In this document: positions 1-15,000 of the stretch, piece after piece
Layout of the letters: every line of letters begins with the position of its first letter
Numbering within the stretch: position 1 is the first letter of the stretch
Source: Eledone cirrhosa
Taxonomy: Eukaryota
Assembly (NCBI GenBank): GCA_964016885.1
Contig: OZ024760.1
Coordinates: 32,054,001 to 32,118,000 of the forward strand
Reading direction: 5' to 3'
Length of the DNA: 64,000 bases
Made by a program: the position numbers and the translations under genes
The notes under the pieces: model-generated
Seen by the model: only the letters and a program-made list of their open reading frames with translations
Database searches by the model: none
What the model was told of the DNA's origin: nothing

Positions 1-3000
1 TTGAGAAGTTAGGGTGAGAAAGATTATAGACTGAGTTGATCCATGGTTTTGAGAAGTAAGTGAAAAAACGACTATTGTCTATATTGATCCAAGGTTTTGA
101 GGAGCAAAGAAGAGAAAGGCTATGCACTGAGTTGATCCAAGATTTTGAGAAGTAAGAGATAGAAACACTATAGTCTGAGTTGATCCAAGGTTTTGAGAAG
201 TAAAGGAGAGAAAGTCTATAGTCTGAGTTGATCCAAGGTTTTGAGAAGTAAGGGAGAGAAAGACTATAGTCTGAATTGAACCAAGGTTTTGAGAAGTAAG
301 GCAGAGAAAGTCTCTAGTTTGAGTTGATCCAAGATTTCGAGAAGTAAGTGAGAGAAAGGCTATAGTCTGTGCTGGTCCAAGGTTTTGAGAAATAAGGGAG
401 AGAAAGACTATAGTCTCAGTTGATCCAAGATTTTGAGAAGTAAGGGAGAGAAAGACTATAATTTGAATTGAACCAAGGTTTTGAGAAGTAAGGGAGAGAC
501 AGACTATAGACTGAGTTGATCCAAGTTTTTGAGAAGTAAGGGAGAGAAAGACCATAGACTGAGTTGATCCATGGTTTTGAGAAGTAGGGAGAGAAAGTCT
601 ATAGTCTGAGTTGATCCAAGGTTTTGACAAGTAAGGCAGAGAGAGGCTCTAGTTTGAGTTGATCCAAGGTTTTGAGAATTAAGGGAGAGAAAGGCTATAG
701 TCTGAGCTGATCCAAGATTTTGAGAAATAAGGGAGAGAAAGACTATAGTCTGAGTTGATCCAATGTTTTGAGAAGGAAGGGAGAGAAAGGCTATAGTCTG
801 AGCTGATCCAAGATTTTGAGAAGTAAGGGTGAGAAAAACTATAGTCTGAATAGATCCATGGTTTTGAGAAGTAAGGTTGAGAAAGGCTATGGACTGAGTT
901 GATCCAAGGTTTTGAGAAATAAGGCAGAGAAAGACTATTGGCTGACTTGATGCCAGGTTTTGAGAAGTAGGGGGATAAGACTATAGTCTGTGTTGATCCA
1001 AGATATTGAGAAGTAAGGGAGTGAAAGGCTGTAGCTGAGTTCATAAAAGGTTTTGAGAAGTAAAGTAGAGAAAGACTAGAGTCTGAGTTGATCCAAGATT
1101 TTGAGAAGTAAGGGTGAGAAAGACTAATGTCTGAATTGATCCATGGTTTTGAGAAGTAAGGGAGAGAAAGACTATAGTCTGACTTGATCCAAGACTTTGA
1201 GAAGTAAGGGTGAGAAAGTCGATAGACTGAGTTGATCCATGGTTTTGCGAAGTAAGGGAGAAAAAGACTATAATCTGTGTTGATCCACGGTTTTGAGAAT
1301 CAAAGGAGAGAAAGGCTATAGACTGAATTGATCCAAGATTTTGAGAAGTAAGAGATAGAAACACTATAGACTGAGTTGATCCAAGGTTTTGCGAAGTAAG
1401 GGATAGAAGACAATAGTCTGAGTTGAGCCAAGGTTTTGAGAAGTAAGGGAGAGAAAGACTATAGTGTGAGTTGAGCCAAGGTTTTGAGATGTAAGGCAGA
1501 GAAAGACTCTAGTTTGAGTTGATCCATGGTTTTGAGAAGTAAGGGAGAGACATACTATAGACTGAGTTGAGCCAAATTTTGAGAAGTAAGGGAGACAAAG
1601 ACTATAGACTGAGTTTATCCATGGTTTTGAGAATTAAGGGAGAGAAAGACTATAGTGTGGGTTGATGCCAGATTTTGAGAAGTAAGGGAGAGAAAGTCTA
1701 TAGTCTGATTTGATCCAAGATTTTGAGAAGTAAGGGAGAGAAAGACTATAGTCTGACATGATCCAAGGTTTTGAGAAGTAAGGGAGATAAAGACTATAGT
1801 TTCAGTTGATCCAAGTTTTGAGAAGTAAGGGAGGAAAGACTATAGTCTTGAGTTGATCCAAGGTTTTGAGAAGTAAGGCAGCGAAAGGCTCTAGTTTGAG
1901 TTGATCCAAGGTTTTGAGAAGTAAGGGAGAGCAAGGCTATAGTCTGAGCTGATCCAAGGTTTTGAGGAATAAGGGAAAGAAAGACTATAGACTGACTTGA
2001 TGCCAGGTTTTGAGAAGTAAGGGGGATGAGACTATAGTCTGTGTTGATCCAAGTAAGGGAGAGAAAGGCTGTAGCTGAGTTCATCACAGGTTTTGAGAAG
2101 TAAAGTAGAGAAAGACTATTGTCTGAGTTAATCCAAGATTTTGAGAACTAAGGGAGAGAAAGACTATAGTCTGAATTGATCCATGGTTTTGAGAAGTAAG
2201 GGAGAGAAAGACTATAGTCTGAGTTGATCCAAGATTTTGAGAAGTAAGGGAGAGAAAGAGTATAGTCTGAGTTGATCCAAGACTTTGAGAAGTAAGGGTG
2301 AGAAAGACTAAAGTCTGAATTGATCCATGGTTTTGAGAAGTAAGGGAGAGAAAGACTATAGTCTGAGTTGATCCAAGGTTTTGAGAAGTAAGGGAGAGAA
2401 AGTATATAGTCTCTGTTGATCCAAGGTTTTGAGAAGTAAGGGTGAGAAAGACTATAGTCTCAGTTGATCCAATGTTTTGAGAAGTAAGGGAGAAAAAGAC
2501 TATAGTCTGTGTTGATCCAAGATTTTGAGAAGCAAAGGAGAGAAAGGCTATCTTCTGAGTAGAATCAAGATTTTGAGAAGTTTGAGATAGAAAGACTATA
2601 GACCGTATAGATCCAAGGTTTAGCGAAGTAAGGGAGAGAAGACTATACTCTGAGTTGATCCAAGGTTTTGGGGAGGAAGGGTGAGAAAGACTATAGTCTG
2701 AATTAGTCCAAGGTTTTGAGAAGAAAGGGAGAGAAAGACTATAGTCTGAGTTGATGCCAGGTTTTGAGAAGTAAGGGGGATGAGACTATAGTCTGTGTTG
2801 ATCGAAGATATTGAGAAGTAAGGGAGAGAAAGGCTGTAGCTGAGTTCATCAAAGGTTTTGAGAAGTAAAGTAGAGAAAGACTATAGTCTAAGTTGATCCA
2901 AGGTTTTGAGAAGTAAGGGTCAGAAAGACTAATGTCTGAATTGATCCATGGTTTTGAGAAGTAAGGGAGAGAAAGACTATAGTCTGAGTTGATCCAAAAT

Positions 3001-6000
3001 TTTGAGAAGTAAGGCAGAGAAAGTCTCTAGTTTGAGTTGATCCAAGGTTTTCAGAAGTAAGGGAGAGAAAGGCTATAGTCTGGGCTGATCCAAGGTTTTG
3101 AGAAGTAAGGGTGAGAAAGACTATAGTCTGAGTTGATCCAAGGATTTGAGAGTAAAGGAGAGAAAGTCTATAGTCTGAGTTGATCCAAGGTTTTGAGGAG
3201 TAAATGAGAGAAAGACTATAGTTTGAGTTGAGCCATGGTTTTGAGAAGTAAGGCAGAGAAAGGCTCTAGTTTGAGTTGTTCCAAGGTTTTGAGAACTAAG
3301 GGTGAGAAAGACTATATTATGAGTTGATCAAAGGTTTTAAGAAGTAAAGGAGAGAAAGTCTATAGTCTCAGTCGATCCAAGGTTTTGAGAAGTATGGGAG
3401 AGAAACACTATAGTCTGAGTTGATCCAAAGTTTTGAGAAGTTAGACAGAGAAAGGCTCTAGTTTGAGGTGATCCAAGGTTTTGAGAAATAAGGTTGAGAA
3501 AGACTATAGTCTGAGTTGATCCAAAGTTTTGAGAAGGAAGGGAGAGAAAGGCTATAGTCTTCAGCTGATCCAAGGTTTTGAGAAGTAAGGGTGAGAAAGA
3601 CTATAGTCTGAGTTCATCCAAGGTTTTGAGAAGAAAGGGTGAGAAAGGCTATAGTCTGAGCTGATCAAAGGTTTTGAGAAATAATGGAGAGAAAGTCTAT
3701 AGTCTGAGTTGATACAAGATTTTGAGAAGTAAGGGTGAGAAAGACTATAGTCTGAGTTGATGCAAGGTTTTGAGAAGTAAGGGAGAGAAAGATTATAGTC
3801 TGAATTGAACCAAGGTTTTGAGAAGTAATGGAGAGACAGACTATAGACTGAGTTGATCCATTGTTTTGAAATGTAAGGGATTAAAAGACTATAGTCTATA
3901 TTGATCCAATGTTTTGAGAAGCAAAGAAGAGAAAGGCTATGCACTGAGTTTATCCAAGATTTTGAGAAGTAAGGGAGAGAAAGTCTATAGTCGGACTTGA
4001 TGCCAGGTTTTGCGATGTAAGGGGGATAAGACTATAGTCTGTGTTGATCAAAGATTTTGAGAAGTATGGGAGAGAAAGACTATAGTCTGAGTTGATCCAA
4101 AGTTTTGAGAAGTTAGACAGAGAAAGGCTCTAGTTCGAGGTGATCGAAGGTTTTGAGAAATAAGGTTGAGAAAGACTATAGTCTGAGTTGATCCAAAGTT
4201 TTGAGAAGGAAGGGAGAGAAAGGCTATAGTCTTCAGCTGATCCAAGGTTTTGAGAAGTAAGGGTGAGAAAGACTATAGTCTGAGTTCATCCAAGGTTTTG
4301 AGAAGTAAGGGAGAGAAAGTCTATAGTCGGACTTGATGCCAGGTTTTGCGATGTAAGGGGGATAAGAATATAGTCTGTGTTGATCCAAGATTTTGAGAAG
4401 TATTGGAGAGAAAGGCTGTAGTCTGAGATCATTAAAGGTTTTGATAAGTAAAGGAGAGAAAGACTATAGTCTGAGTTGATACAAGGTTTTGAGAAGTAAG
4501 GGTGAGAAAGACTATAGTCTGAGTTGATCCAAGGTTTTGAGAAGTAAGGGAGAGAAAGACTATAGTGTGAGTTGATGCCAGGTTTTAAGATGTAAGGGAG
4601 ATAAGACTATAGTCTGCGTTGATCCAAGATTTTGAGAATTATTGGAGAGAAAGGCTGTAATCTGAGTTGATCCAAGGTTTTGAGAAGCAAGGCAGAGAAA
4701 GACTAAAGTCTGAATTGATCCATGGTTTTCAGAAGTAAGGGAGAGAAAGACTATATTCTGAGTTGATCCAAGGTTTTGAGAAGTAAGGGTGACAATGACT
4801 ACAGTCTGAATTGATCCATGGTTTTGAGAAGAAAGGGAGAGAAAGACTATAGTCTCAGTTGATCCAAGCTTTTGAGAATTAAGGGAGAGAAAGACTATAG
4901 TCTGAATTGAACCAAGGTTTTAAGAAGAAAAGGAGAGAAAGATTATAGTCTGAGTTGACCCAAGGTTTTAAGAAGTAAGGGAGATAAAGACTATAGTCTG
5001 AGTTGATGCCAGGTTTTGAGATGTAAGGGGGATAAGAATATAGTCTGCATTGATCCAAGATTTTGAGAAGGAAGGGAGAGAAACACTATAGTCTGAGCTG
5101 ATCCAACGTTTTGAGAGGTAAGGGTGAGAAAGACTAAAGTCTGAATTGACCCATGGTTTTGAGAAGTAAGGGAGAGAAAGACTATAGTCTGAGTTGATCC
5201 AAGATTTTGAGAAGTAAGGGAGAGAAAGACTATAGTCTGAGTTGATCCAAGGTTTTGAGAAGTAAGGGAGAGAAAGGCTATAGTCTGGGCTGATCCAAGG
5301 TTTTGTGAAATAAGGGAGAGAAAGACTATAGTCTGAGTTGATCCAAGGTTTTGAGAAGTAAGGGAGAGAAAGGCTATAGTCTGAGCTGATCCAAGGTTTT
5401 GAGAAGTAAGGGTGAGAAAGACTATAGTCTGAGTTGATCCAAGGTTTTGAGGAGTAATGGAGGGAAAGGCTATAGTCTGAGTTGATCCAAGGTTTTGAGA
5501 AGTAAGTGAGAGAAAGACAATAGTGTGAGTTGATGCCAGGTTTTGAGATGTAAGGGGGATAAGACTACAGTCTGCGTTGATCCAAGATTTTGAGAAGTAT
5601 TGGAGAGAAAGGCTGTAGTCTGAGATCATGAAAGGTTTTGATAAGTAAAGGAGAGAAAGACTATAGTCTGAGTTGATCCAAGGTTTTGAGAAGTAAGGGT
5701 GAGAAAGACTATAGTCTGAGTTGATCCAAGGTTTTGAGAAGTAAGTGAGAGAAAGACAATAGTGTGATTTGATGCCAGGTTTTGAGATGTAAGGGGGATA
5801 AGACTATAGTCTGCGTTGATCCAAGATTTTGAGAAGTATTGGAGAGAAAGGCTGTAGTCTGAGTTGATCCAAGGTTTTGAGAAGCAAGGCAGAGAAAGAC
5901 TAAAGTCTGAATTGAACCATGGTTTTTAGAAGTAATGGAGAGAAAAACTATAGTCTGAGTTGATCGAAGGTTGTGAGAAGTAAGGGAGACAAAGACTATA

Positions 6001-9000
6001 GTCTGAGGTGATCCAAGGTTTTGAGAAGTAAGGGTGACAAAGACTACAGTCTGAATTGATCCATGGTTTTGAGAAGTAAGGGAGAGAAAGACTATAGTCT
6101 GAGTTGAGCCAAAGTTTTAAGAAGAAAAGGAGAGAAAGTTTATAGTCTAAGTTGACCCAAGGTTTTAAGAAGTAAGGGAAAGAAAGACTATAGTCTGAGT
6201 TGATGCCAGGTTTTGAGATGTAAGTGGAATAAGATTATAGTCTGCGTTGATCCAAGATTTTGAGAAGGAAGGGAGAGAAACACTATAGTCTGAGCTGATC
6301 CAAGGTTTTGAGAAGTAAGGGTGAGAAAAACTATAGTCTGAATTGATGTATGGTTTTGAGAAGTAAGGGAGAGAAAGGCTATAGACTGAGTTGATCCAAG
6401 GTTTTGATAAATAAGGGAGAGAAAAAGTATAGACTGACTTGTTGCCAGGTTTTGAGAAGTAAGGGGGTTGAGACTATAGTCTGTGTTGATCCAAGATATT
6501 GAGAAGTAAGGGAGAGAAAGGCTGTAGCTGAGTTCATCAAAGGTTTTGAGAAGTAAAGTAGACAAAGACTATAGTCTGAGTTGATCCAAGGTTTAGAGAA
6601 GCAAAGCAGAGAAAGACTATAGTCTGAGTTGATGCAAGGTTTTGACGAGTAAGGGAGAGAAAGACTATAGTCTGAGTTGATCCAAGATTTTGAGAACTAA
6701 AGGAGAGAAAGACTATAGTCTGAGTTGATCCAAGGTTTTGAGAAGTAAGGGTGAGAAAGACTATAGACTGAGTTGATCCATGGTTTTGAGTAGTAAGGGA
6801 GAAAAAGACTATAGTCTGTGTTGATCCACGGTTTTGAGAATCAAAAAAGAGAAAAGCTATAGACTGAGTTGATCCAAGGTTTTTGAGAAGTAAGGGACAG
6901 AAAGGCTATCTTCTGAGATGATTCAAGATTTTGAGAAGTAAGTGATAGAAACACTATAGACTTAGTTGATCCCAGGTTTCGAGAAGTAAGGGAGAGAAAG
7001 CATATAGTCTCAGTTGATCCAAGGTTTTGAGAAGTAAGAGAGAGAAAGACTATAAACTGTGTTGATCCAAAGTTTTGCGAAGTAAGGGAGAGAAGACTAT
7101 ACTCTGAGTTGATCCAAGGTTTTGAGGAGTAAGGGTGAGGAAGACTATAGTCTGAGTTGATCCAAGGTTTTGAGAAGTAAGGGAGAGAAAGGGTGTAGTC
7201 TGAGTTCATCAAAGGTTTTGAGAAGTAAAGGAAAGAAAGAATATAGTCGGAGTTGTTCCAAGGTTTTGAGAAGCAAGGCAGAGAAAGACTATAGTCTGAG
7301 TTGATCCAACGTTTTGAGAAGTAAGGGTGAGAAAGACTAAAGTCTAAATTGATCCATGGTTTTGAGAAGTAAGGGAGAGAAAGACTATAGTCTGAGTTGA
7401 TCCAAGATTTTGAGAAGTAAGGGAGAGAAATACTATAGTCTGAGTTGATCCAAGGTTTTGAGATGTAAGGGTGAGAAAGACTATAGTCTGAGTTGATCCA
7501 AGATTTTGAGAAGTAAGGCAGAGAATTCTCTAGTTTGAGTTGATCCAAGGTTTTGAGAAGTAAGGGAGAGAAAGGCTATAGTCTGGGCTGATCCAAGGTT
7601 TTGTGAAATAAGGGAGAGAAAGACTATAGTCTGAGTTGATCCAAGGTTTTAAGAAGTAATGGAGGGAAAGGCTATAGTCTGAGTTGATCCAAGGTTTTGA
7701 GAAGTAAGTGAGAGAAAGACAATAGTGTGAGTTAATGCCAGGTTTTGAGATGTAAGGGGGATAAGACTACAGTCTGCGTTGATCCAAGATTTTGAGAAGT
7801 ATTGGAGAGAAAGGCTGTAGTCTGAGATCATGAAAGGTTTTGATAAGTAAAGGAGAGAAAGACTATAGTCTGAGTTGATCCAAGGTTTTGAGAAGTATGT
7901 GAGAGAAAGACAATAGTGTGATTTGATGCCAGGTTTTGAGATGTAAGGGGGATAAGACTATAGTCTGCGTTGATCCAAGATTTTGAGAAGTATTGGAGAG
8001 AAAGGCTGTAGTCTGAGTTGATCCAAGATTTTGGGAAGCAAGGCAGAGAAAGACTAAAGTCTGAATTGAACCATGGTTTTTAGAAGTATTGGAGAGAAAA
8101 ACTATAGTCTGAGTTGATCGAAGGTTGTGAGAAGTAAGGGAGAGAAAGACTATAGTCTGAGTTGATCCAAGGTTTTGAGAAGTAAGGGTGACAAAGACTA
8201 CAGTCTGAATTGATCCATGGTTTTGAGAAGTAAGGGAGAGAAAGACTATAGTCTGAGTTGAGCCAAAGTTTTAAGAAGAAAAGGAGAGAAAGTTTATAGT
8301 CTAAGTTGACCCAAGGTTTTAAGAAGTAAGGGAAAGAAAGACTATAGTCTGAGTTGATGCCAGGTTTTGAGATGTAAGTGGAATAAGATTATAGTCTGCG
8401 TTGATCCAAGATTTTGAGAAGGAAGGGAGAGAAACACTATAGTCTGAGCTGATCCAAGGTTTTGAGAAGTAAGGGTGAGAAAAACTATAGTCTGAATTGA
8501 TGTATGGTTTTGAGAAGTAAGGGAGAGAAAGGCTATAGACTGAGTTGATCCAAGGTTTTGATAAATAAGGGAGAGAAAAAGTATAGACTGACTTGTTGCC
8601 AGGTTTTAAGAAGTAAGGGGGTTGAGACTATAGTCTGTGTTGATCCAAGATATTGAGAAGTAAGGGAGAGAAAGGCTGTAGCTGAGTTCATCAAAGGTTT
8701 TGAGAAGTAAAGTAGACAAAGACTATAGTCTGAGTTGATCCAAGGTTTAGAGAAGCAAAGCAGAGAAAGACTATAGTCTGAGTTGATGCAAGGTTTTGAG
8801 GAGTAAGGGAGAGAAAGACTATAGTCTGAGTTGATCCAAGATTTTGAGAAGTAAGGGTGAGAAATACTAAAGTCTGAATGGATCCAAGGTTTTGAGAAGT
8901 AAGGGAGAGAAAGACTATAGTCTGAGTTGATCCAAGATTTTGAGAACTAAAGGAGAGAAAGACTATAGTCTGAGTTGATCCAAGGTTTTGAGAAGTAAGG

Positions 9001-12000
9001 GTGAGAAAGACTATAGACTGAGTTGATCCATGGTTTTGAGTAGTAAGGGAGAAAAAGACTATAGTCTGTGTTGATCCACGGTTTTGAGAATCAAAAAAGA
9101 GAAAAGCTATAGACTGAGTTGATCCAAGGTTTTGAGAAGTAAGGGACAGAAAGGCTATCTTCTGAGATGATTCAAGATTTTGAGAAGTAAGTGATAGAAA
9201 CACTATAGACTTAGTTGATCCCAGGTTTCGAGAAGTAAGGGAGAGAAAGCATATAGTCTCAGTTGATCCAAGGTTTTGAGAAGTAAGAGAGAGAAAGACT
9301 ATAAACTGTGTTGATCCAAGGTTTTGCGAAGTAAGGGAGAGAAGACTATACTCTGAGTTGATCCAAGGTTTTGAGGAGTAAGGGTGAGAAAGACTATAGT
9401 CTGAGTTGATCCAAGCTTTTGAGAAGTAAGGGAGAGAAAGACTATAGTCTGAGTTGATCCAAGATTTTGAGAAGTAAGGGAGAGAAATACTATAGTCTGA
9501 GTTGATCCAAGGTTTTGAGATGTAAGGGTGAGAAAGACTATAGTCTGAGTTGATCCAAGATTTTGAGAAGTAAGGCAGAGAATTCTCTAGTTTGAGTTGA
9601 TCCAAGGTTTTGAGAAGTAAGGGAGAGAAAGGCTATAGTCTGGGCTGATCCAAGGTTTTGTGAAATAAGGGAGAGAAAGACTATAGTCTGAGTTGATCCA
9701 AGGTTTTAAGAAGTAAAGGAGAGAAAGTCTATAGTCTCAGTTCATCCAAGGTTTTGAGAAGTAAGGGAGAGAAAGACTATGGTCTGAGTTGATGCAAGGT
9801 TTTGAGAAGTAAGGCAGATAAAGTCTCTAGTTTGAGCTGATCCAAGGTTTTGAGAAGTAAGGGTGAGAAAGTGTATAGTCTGAGTTCATCCAAGGTTTTG
9901 AGAAGAATGGGTGAGAAAGGCTATAGTCTGAGCTGATCAAAGGTTTTGAGAAATAAGGGAGAGAAAGAGTATAGTTTGAGTTGATCCTAGATTTTGAGAA
10001 GTAAGGGTGCGAATGACTATAGTCTGAGTTGATCCAAGGTTTTGAGGAGTAAGGGAGAGAAAGGCTATAGTCTTCAGCTGATCCAAGGTTTTGAGAAGTA
10101 AGGTTGAGAAAGTCTATAGTCTGAGTTGATCCAAGGTTTTGAGGAGTAAATGAGAGAAAGACTATAGTTTGAGTTGAGCCATGGTTTTGAGAAGTAAGGC
10201 AGAGAAAGGCTCTAGTTTGAGTTGTTCCAAGGTTTTGAAAACTAAGGGTGAGAAAGACTATATTCTGAGTTGATCAAAGGTTTTAAGAAGTAAAGGAGAG
10301 AAAGTCTATAGTCTCAGTTGATCCAAGGTTTTGAGAAGTATGGGAGAGAAACACTATAGTCTGAGTTGATCCAAAGTTTTGAGAAGTTAGACAGAGAAAG
10401 GCTCTAGTTTGAGGTGATCCAAGGTTTTGAGAAATAAGGTTGAGAAAGACTATAGTCTGAGTTGATCCAATTTTTGAGAAGGAAGGGAGAGAAAGGCTAT
10501 AGTCTTCAGCTGATCCAAGGTTTTGAGAAGTAAGGGTGAGAAAGACTATAGTCTGAGTTCATCCAATGTTTTGAGAAGAAAGGGTGAGAAAGGCTATAGT
10601 CTGAGCTGATCAAAGGTTTTGAGAAATAATGGAGAGAAAGTCTATAGTCTGAGTTGATACAAGATTTTGAGAAGTAAGGGTGAGAAAGACTATAGTCTGA
10701 GTTGATGCAAGGTTTTGAGAAGTAAGGGAGTGAAAGATTATAGTCTGAATTGAACCAAGGTTTTGAGAAGTAATGGAGAGACAGACTATAGACTGAGTTG
10801 ATCCATTGTTTTGAAATGTAAGGGATTAAAAGACTATAGTCTATATTGATCCAATGTTTTGAGAAGCAAAGAAGAGAAAGGCTATGCACTGAGTTTATCC
10901 AAGATTTTGAGAAGTAAGGGAGAGAAAGTCTATAGTCGGACTTGATGCCAGGTTTTGCGATGTAAGGGGGATAAGACTATAGTCTGTGTTGATCCAAGAT
11001 TTTGAGAAGTATGGGAGAGAAAGACTATAGTCTGAGTTGATCCAAAGTTTTGAGAAGTTAGACAGAGAAAGGCTCTAGTTTGAGGTGATCGAAGGTTTTG
11101 AGAAATAAGGTTGAGAAAGACTATAGTCTGAGTTGATCCAAAGTTTTGAGAAGGAAGGGAGAGAAAGGCTATAGTCTTCAGCTGATCCAAGGTTTTGAGA
11201 AGTAAGGGTGAGAAAGACTATAGTCTGAGTTCATCCAAGGTTTTGAGAAGAAAGGGTGAGAAAGGCTATAGTCTGAGCTGATCAAATGTTTTGAGAAATA
11301 ATGGAGAGAAAGTCTATAGTCGGACTTGATGCCAGGTTTTGCGATGTAAGGGGGATAAGAATATAGTCTGTGTTGATCCAAGATTTTGAGAAGTATTGGA
11401 GAGAAAGGCTGTAGTCTGAGATCATTAAAGGTTTTGATAAGTAAAGGAGAGAAAGACTATAGTCTGAGTTGATACAAGGTTTTGAGAAGTAAGGGTGAGA
11501 AAGACTATAGTCTGAGTTGATCCAAGGTTTTGAGAAGTAAGGGAGAGAAAGACTATAGTGTGAGTTGATGCCAGGTTTTAAAATGTAAGGGGGATAAGAC
11601 TATAGTCTGCGTTGATCCAAGATTTTGAGAATTATTGGAGAGAAAGGCTGTAATCTGAGTTGATCCAAGGTTTTGAGAAGCAAGGCAGAGAAAGACTAAA
11701 GTCTGAATTGATCCATGGTTTTTAGAAGTAAGGGAGAGAAAGACTATATTCTGAGTTGATCCAAGGTTTTGAGACGTAAGGGTGACAATGACTACAGTCT
11801 GAATTGATCCATGGTTTTGAGAAGAAAGGGAGAGAAAGACTATAGTCTCAGTTGATCCAAGCTTTTGAGAATTAAGGGAGAGAAAGACTATAGTCTGAAT
11901 TGAACCAAGGTTTTAAGAAGAAAAGGAGAGAAAGATTATAGTCTTAGTTGACCCAAGGCTTTAAGAAGTAAGGGAGTTAAAGACTATAGTCTGAGTTGAT

Positions 12001-15000
12001 GCCAGGTTTTGAGATGTAAGGGGGATAAGAATATATTCTGCATTGATCCAAGATTTTGAGAAGGAAGGGAGAGAAACACTATAGTCTGAGCTGATCCAAC
12101 GTTTTGAGAAGTAAGGGTGAGAAAGACTAAAGTCTGAATTGACCCATGGTTTTGAGAAGTAAGGGAGAGAAAGACTATAGTCTAAGTTGATCCAAGATTT
12201 TGAGAAGTAAGGGAGAGAAAGACTATAGTCTGAGTTGATCCAAGGTTTTGAGAAGTATGGGAGAGAAAGGCTATAGTCTGGGCTGATCCAAGGTTTTGTG
12301 AAATAAGGGAGAGAAAGACTATAGTCTGAGTTGATCCAAGGTTTTGAGAAGTAAGGGAGAGAAAGGCTATAGTCTGAGCTGATCCAAGGTTTTGAGAAGT
12401 AAGGGTGAGAAAGACTATAGTCTGAGTTGATCCAAGGTTTTGAGGAGTAATGGAGGGAAAGGCTGTAGTCTGAGTTGATCCAAGGTTTTGAGAAGTAAGT
12501 GAGAGAAAGACAATAGTGTGAGTTGATGCCAGGTTTTGAGATGTAAGGGGGATAAGACTACAGTCTGCGTTGATCCAAGATTTTGAGAAGTATTGGAGAG
12601 AAAGGCTGTAGTCTGAGATCATGAAAGGTTTTGATAAGTAAAGGAGAGAAAGACTATAGTCTGAGTTGATCCAAGGTTTTGAGAAGTAAGGGTGAGAAAG
12701 ACTATAGTCTGAGTTGATCCAAGGTTTTGAGAAGTAAGTGAGAGAAAGACAATAGTGTGATTTGATGCCAGGTTTTGAGATGTAAGGGGGATAAGACTAT
12801 AGTCTGCGTTGATCCAAGATTTTGAGAAGTATTGGAGAGAAAGGCTGTAGTCTGAGTTGATCCAAGGTTTTGAGAAGCAAGGCAGAGAAAGACTAAAGTC
12901 TGAATTGAACCATGGTTTTTAGAAGAAATGGAGAGAAAAACTATAGTCTGAGTTGATCGAAGGTTGTGAGAAGTAAGGGAGAGAAAGACTATAGTCTGAG
13001 TTGATCCAAGGTTTTGAGAAGTAAGGGTGACAAAGACTACAGTCTGAATTGATCCATGGTTTTGAGAAGTAAGGGAGAGAAAGACTATAGTCTGAGTTGA
13101 GCCAAAGTTTTAAGAAGAAAAGGAGAGAAAGTTTATAGTCTAAGTTGACCCAAGGTTTTAAGAAGTAAGGGAAAGAAAGACTATAGTCTGAGTTGATGCC
13201 AGGTTTTGAGATGTAAGTGGAATAAGATTATAGTCTGCGTTGATCCAAGATTTTGAGAAGGAAGGGAGAGAAACACTATAGTCTGAGCTGATCCAAGGTT
13301 TTGAGAAGTAAGGGAGAGAAAAACTATAGTCTGAATTGATGTATGGTTTTGAGAAGTAAGGGAGAGAAAGGCTATAGACTGAGTTGATCCAAGGTTTTGA
13401 TAAATAAGGGAGAGAAAAAGTATAGACTGACTTGTTGCCAGGTTTTGAGAAGTAAGGGGGTTGAGACTATAGTCTGTGTTGATCCAAGATATTGAGAAGT
13501 AAGGGAGAGAAAGGCTGTAGCTGAGTTCATCAAAGGTTTTGAGAAGTAAAGTAGACAAAGACTATAGTCTGAGTTGATCCAAGGTTTAGAGAAGCAAAGC
13601 AGAGAAAGACTATAGTCTGAGTTGATGCAAGGTTTTGAGGAGTAAGGGAGAGAAAGACTATAGTCTGAGTTGATCCAAGATTTTGAGAAGTAAGGGTGAG
13701 AAAGACTAAAGTCTGAATGGATCCATGGTTTTGAGAAGTAAGGGAGAGAAAGACTATAGTCTGAGTTGATCCAAGATTTTGAGAAGTAAGGGTGAGAAAG
13801 GCTAAAGTCTGAATGGATCCATGGTTTTGAGAAGTAAGGGAGAGAAAGACTATAGTCTGAGTTGATCCAAGATTTTGAGAAGTAAGGGTGAGAAAGACTA
13901 AAGTCTGAATGGATCCAAGGTTTTGAGAAGTAAGGGACAGAAAGGCTATCTTCTGAGATGATTCAAGATTTTGAGAAGTAAGTGATAGAAACACTATAGA
14001 CTTACTTGATCCCAGGTTTCGAGAAGTAAGGGAGAGAAAGCATATAGTCTCGGTTGATCTAAGGTTTTGAGAAGTAAGAGAGAGAAAGACTATAAACTGT
14101 GTTGATCCAAGGTTTTGCGAAGTAAGGGAGAGAAGACTATACTCTGAGTTGATCCAAGGTTTTGAGGAGTAAGGGTGGGAAAGACTATAGTCTGAGTTGA
14201 TCCAAGGTTTTGAGAAGTAAGGGAGAGAAAGGGTGTAGTCTGAGTTCATCAAAGGTTTTGAGAAGTAAAGGAAAGAAAGAATATAGTCGGAGTTGTTCCA
14301 AGGTTTTGAGAAGCAAGGCAGAGAAAGACTATAGTCTGAGTTGATCCAACGTTTTGAGAAGTAAGGGTGAGAAAGACTAAAGTCTGAATTGATCCATGGT
14401 TTTGAGAAGTAAGGGAGAGAAAGACTATAGTCTGAGTTGATCCAAGATTTTGAGAAGTAAGGGAGAGAAATACTATAGTCTGAGTTGATCCAAGGTTTTG
14501 AGATGTAAGGGTGAGAAAGACTATAGTCTGAGTTGATCCAAGATTTTGAGAAGTAAGGGAGAGAAAGGCTATAGTCTGGGCTGATCCAAGGTTTTGTGAA
14601 ATAAGGGAGAGAAAGACTATAGTCTGAGTTGATCCAAGGTTTTAAGAAGTAAAGGAGAGAAAGTCTATAGTCTCAGTTCATCCAAGGTTTTGAGAAGTAA
14701 GGGAGAGAAAGACTATGGTCTCAGTTGATCCAAGGTTTTGAGAAGTAAGGCAGATAAAGGCTCTAGTTTGAGTTGATCCAAGGTTTTGAGAAGTGAGGGA
14801 GAGAAATGCTATAGTCTGACCTGATCCAAGGTTTTGAGAAATAAGGGAGAGAAAGAATATAGTCCGAGTTGATCCAAGGTTTTGCGAAGGAAGGGAGAGA
14901 AAGGCTATAGTCTGAGCTGATCCAAGGTTTTGAGAAGTAAGGGTGAGAAAGGCTATAGTCTGAGCTGATCAAAGGTTTTGAGAAATAAGGGAGAGAAAGA

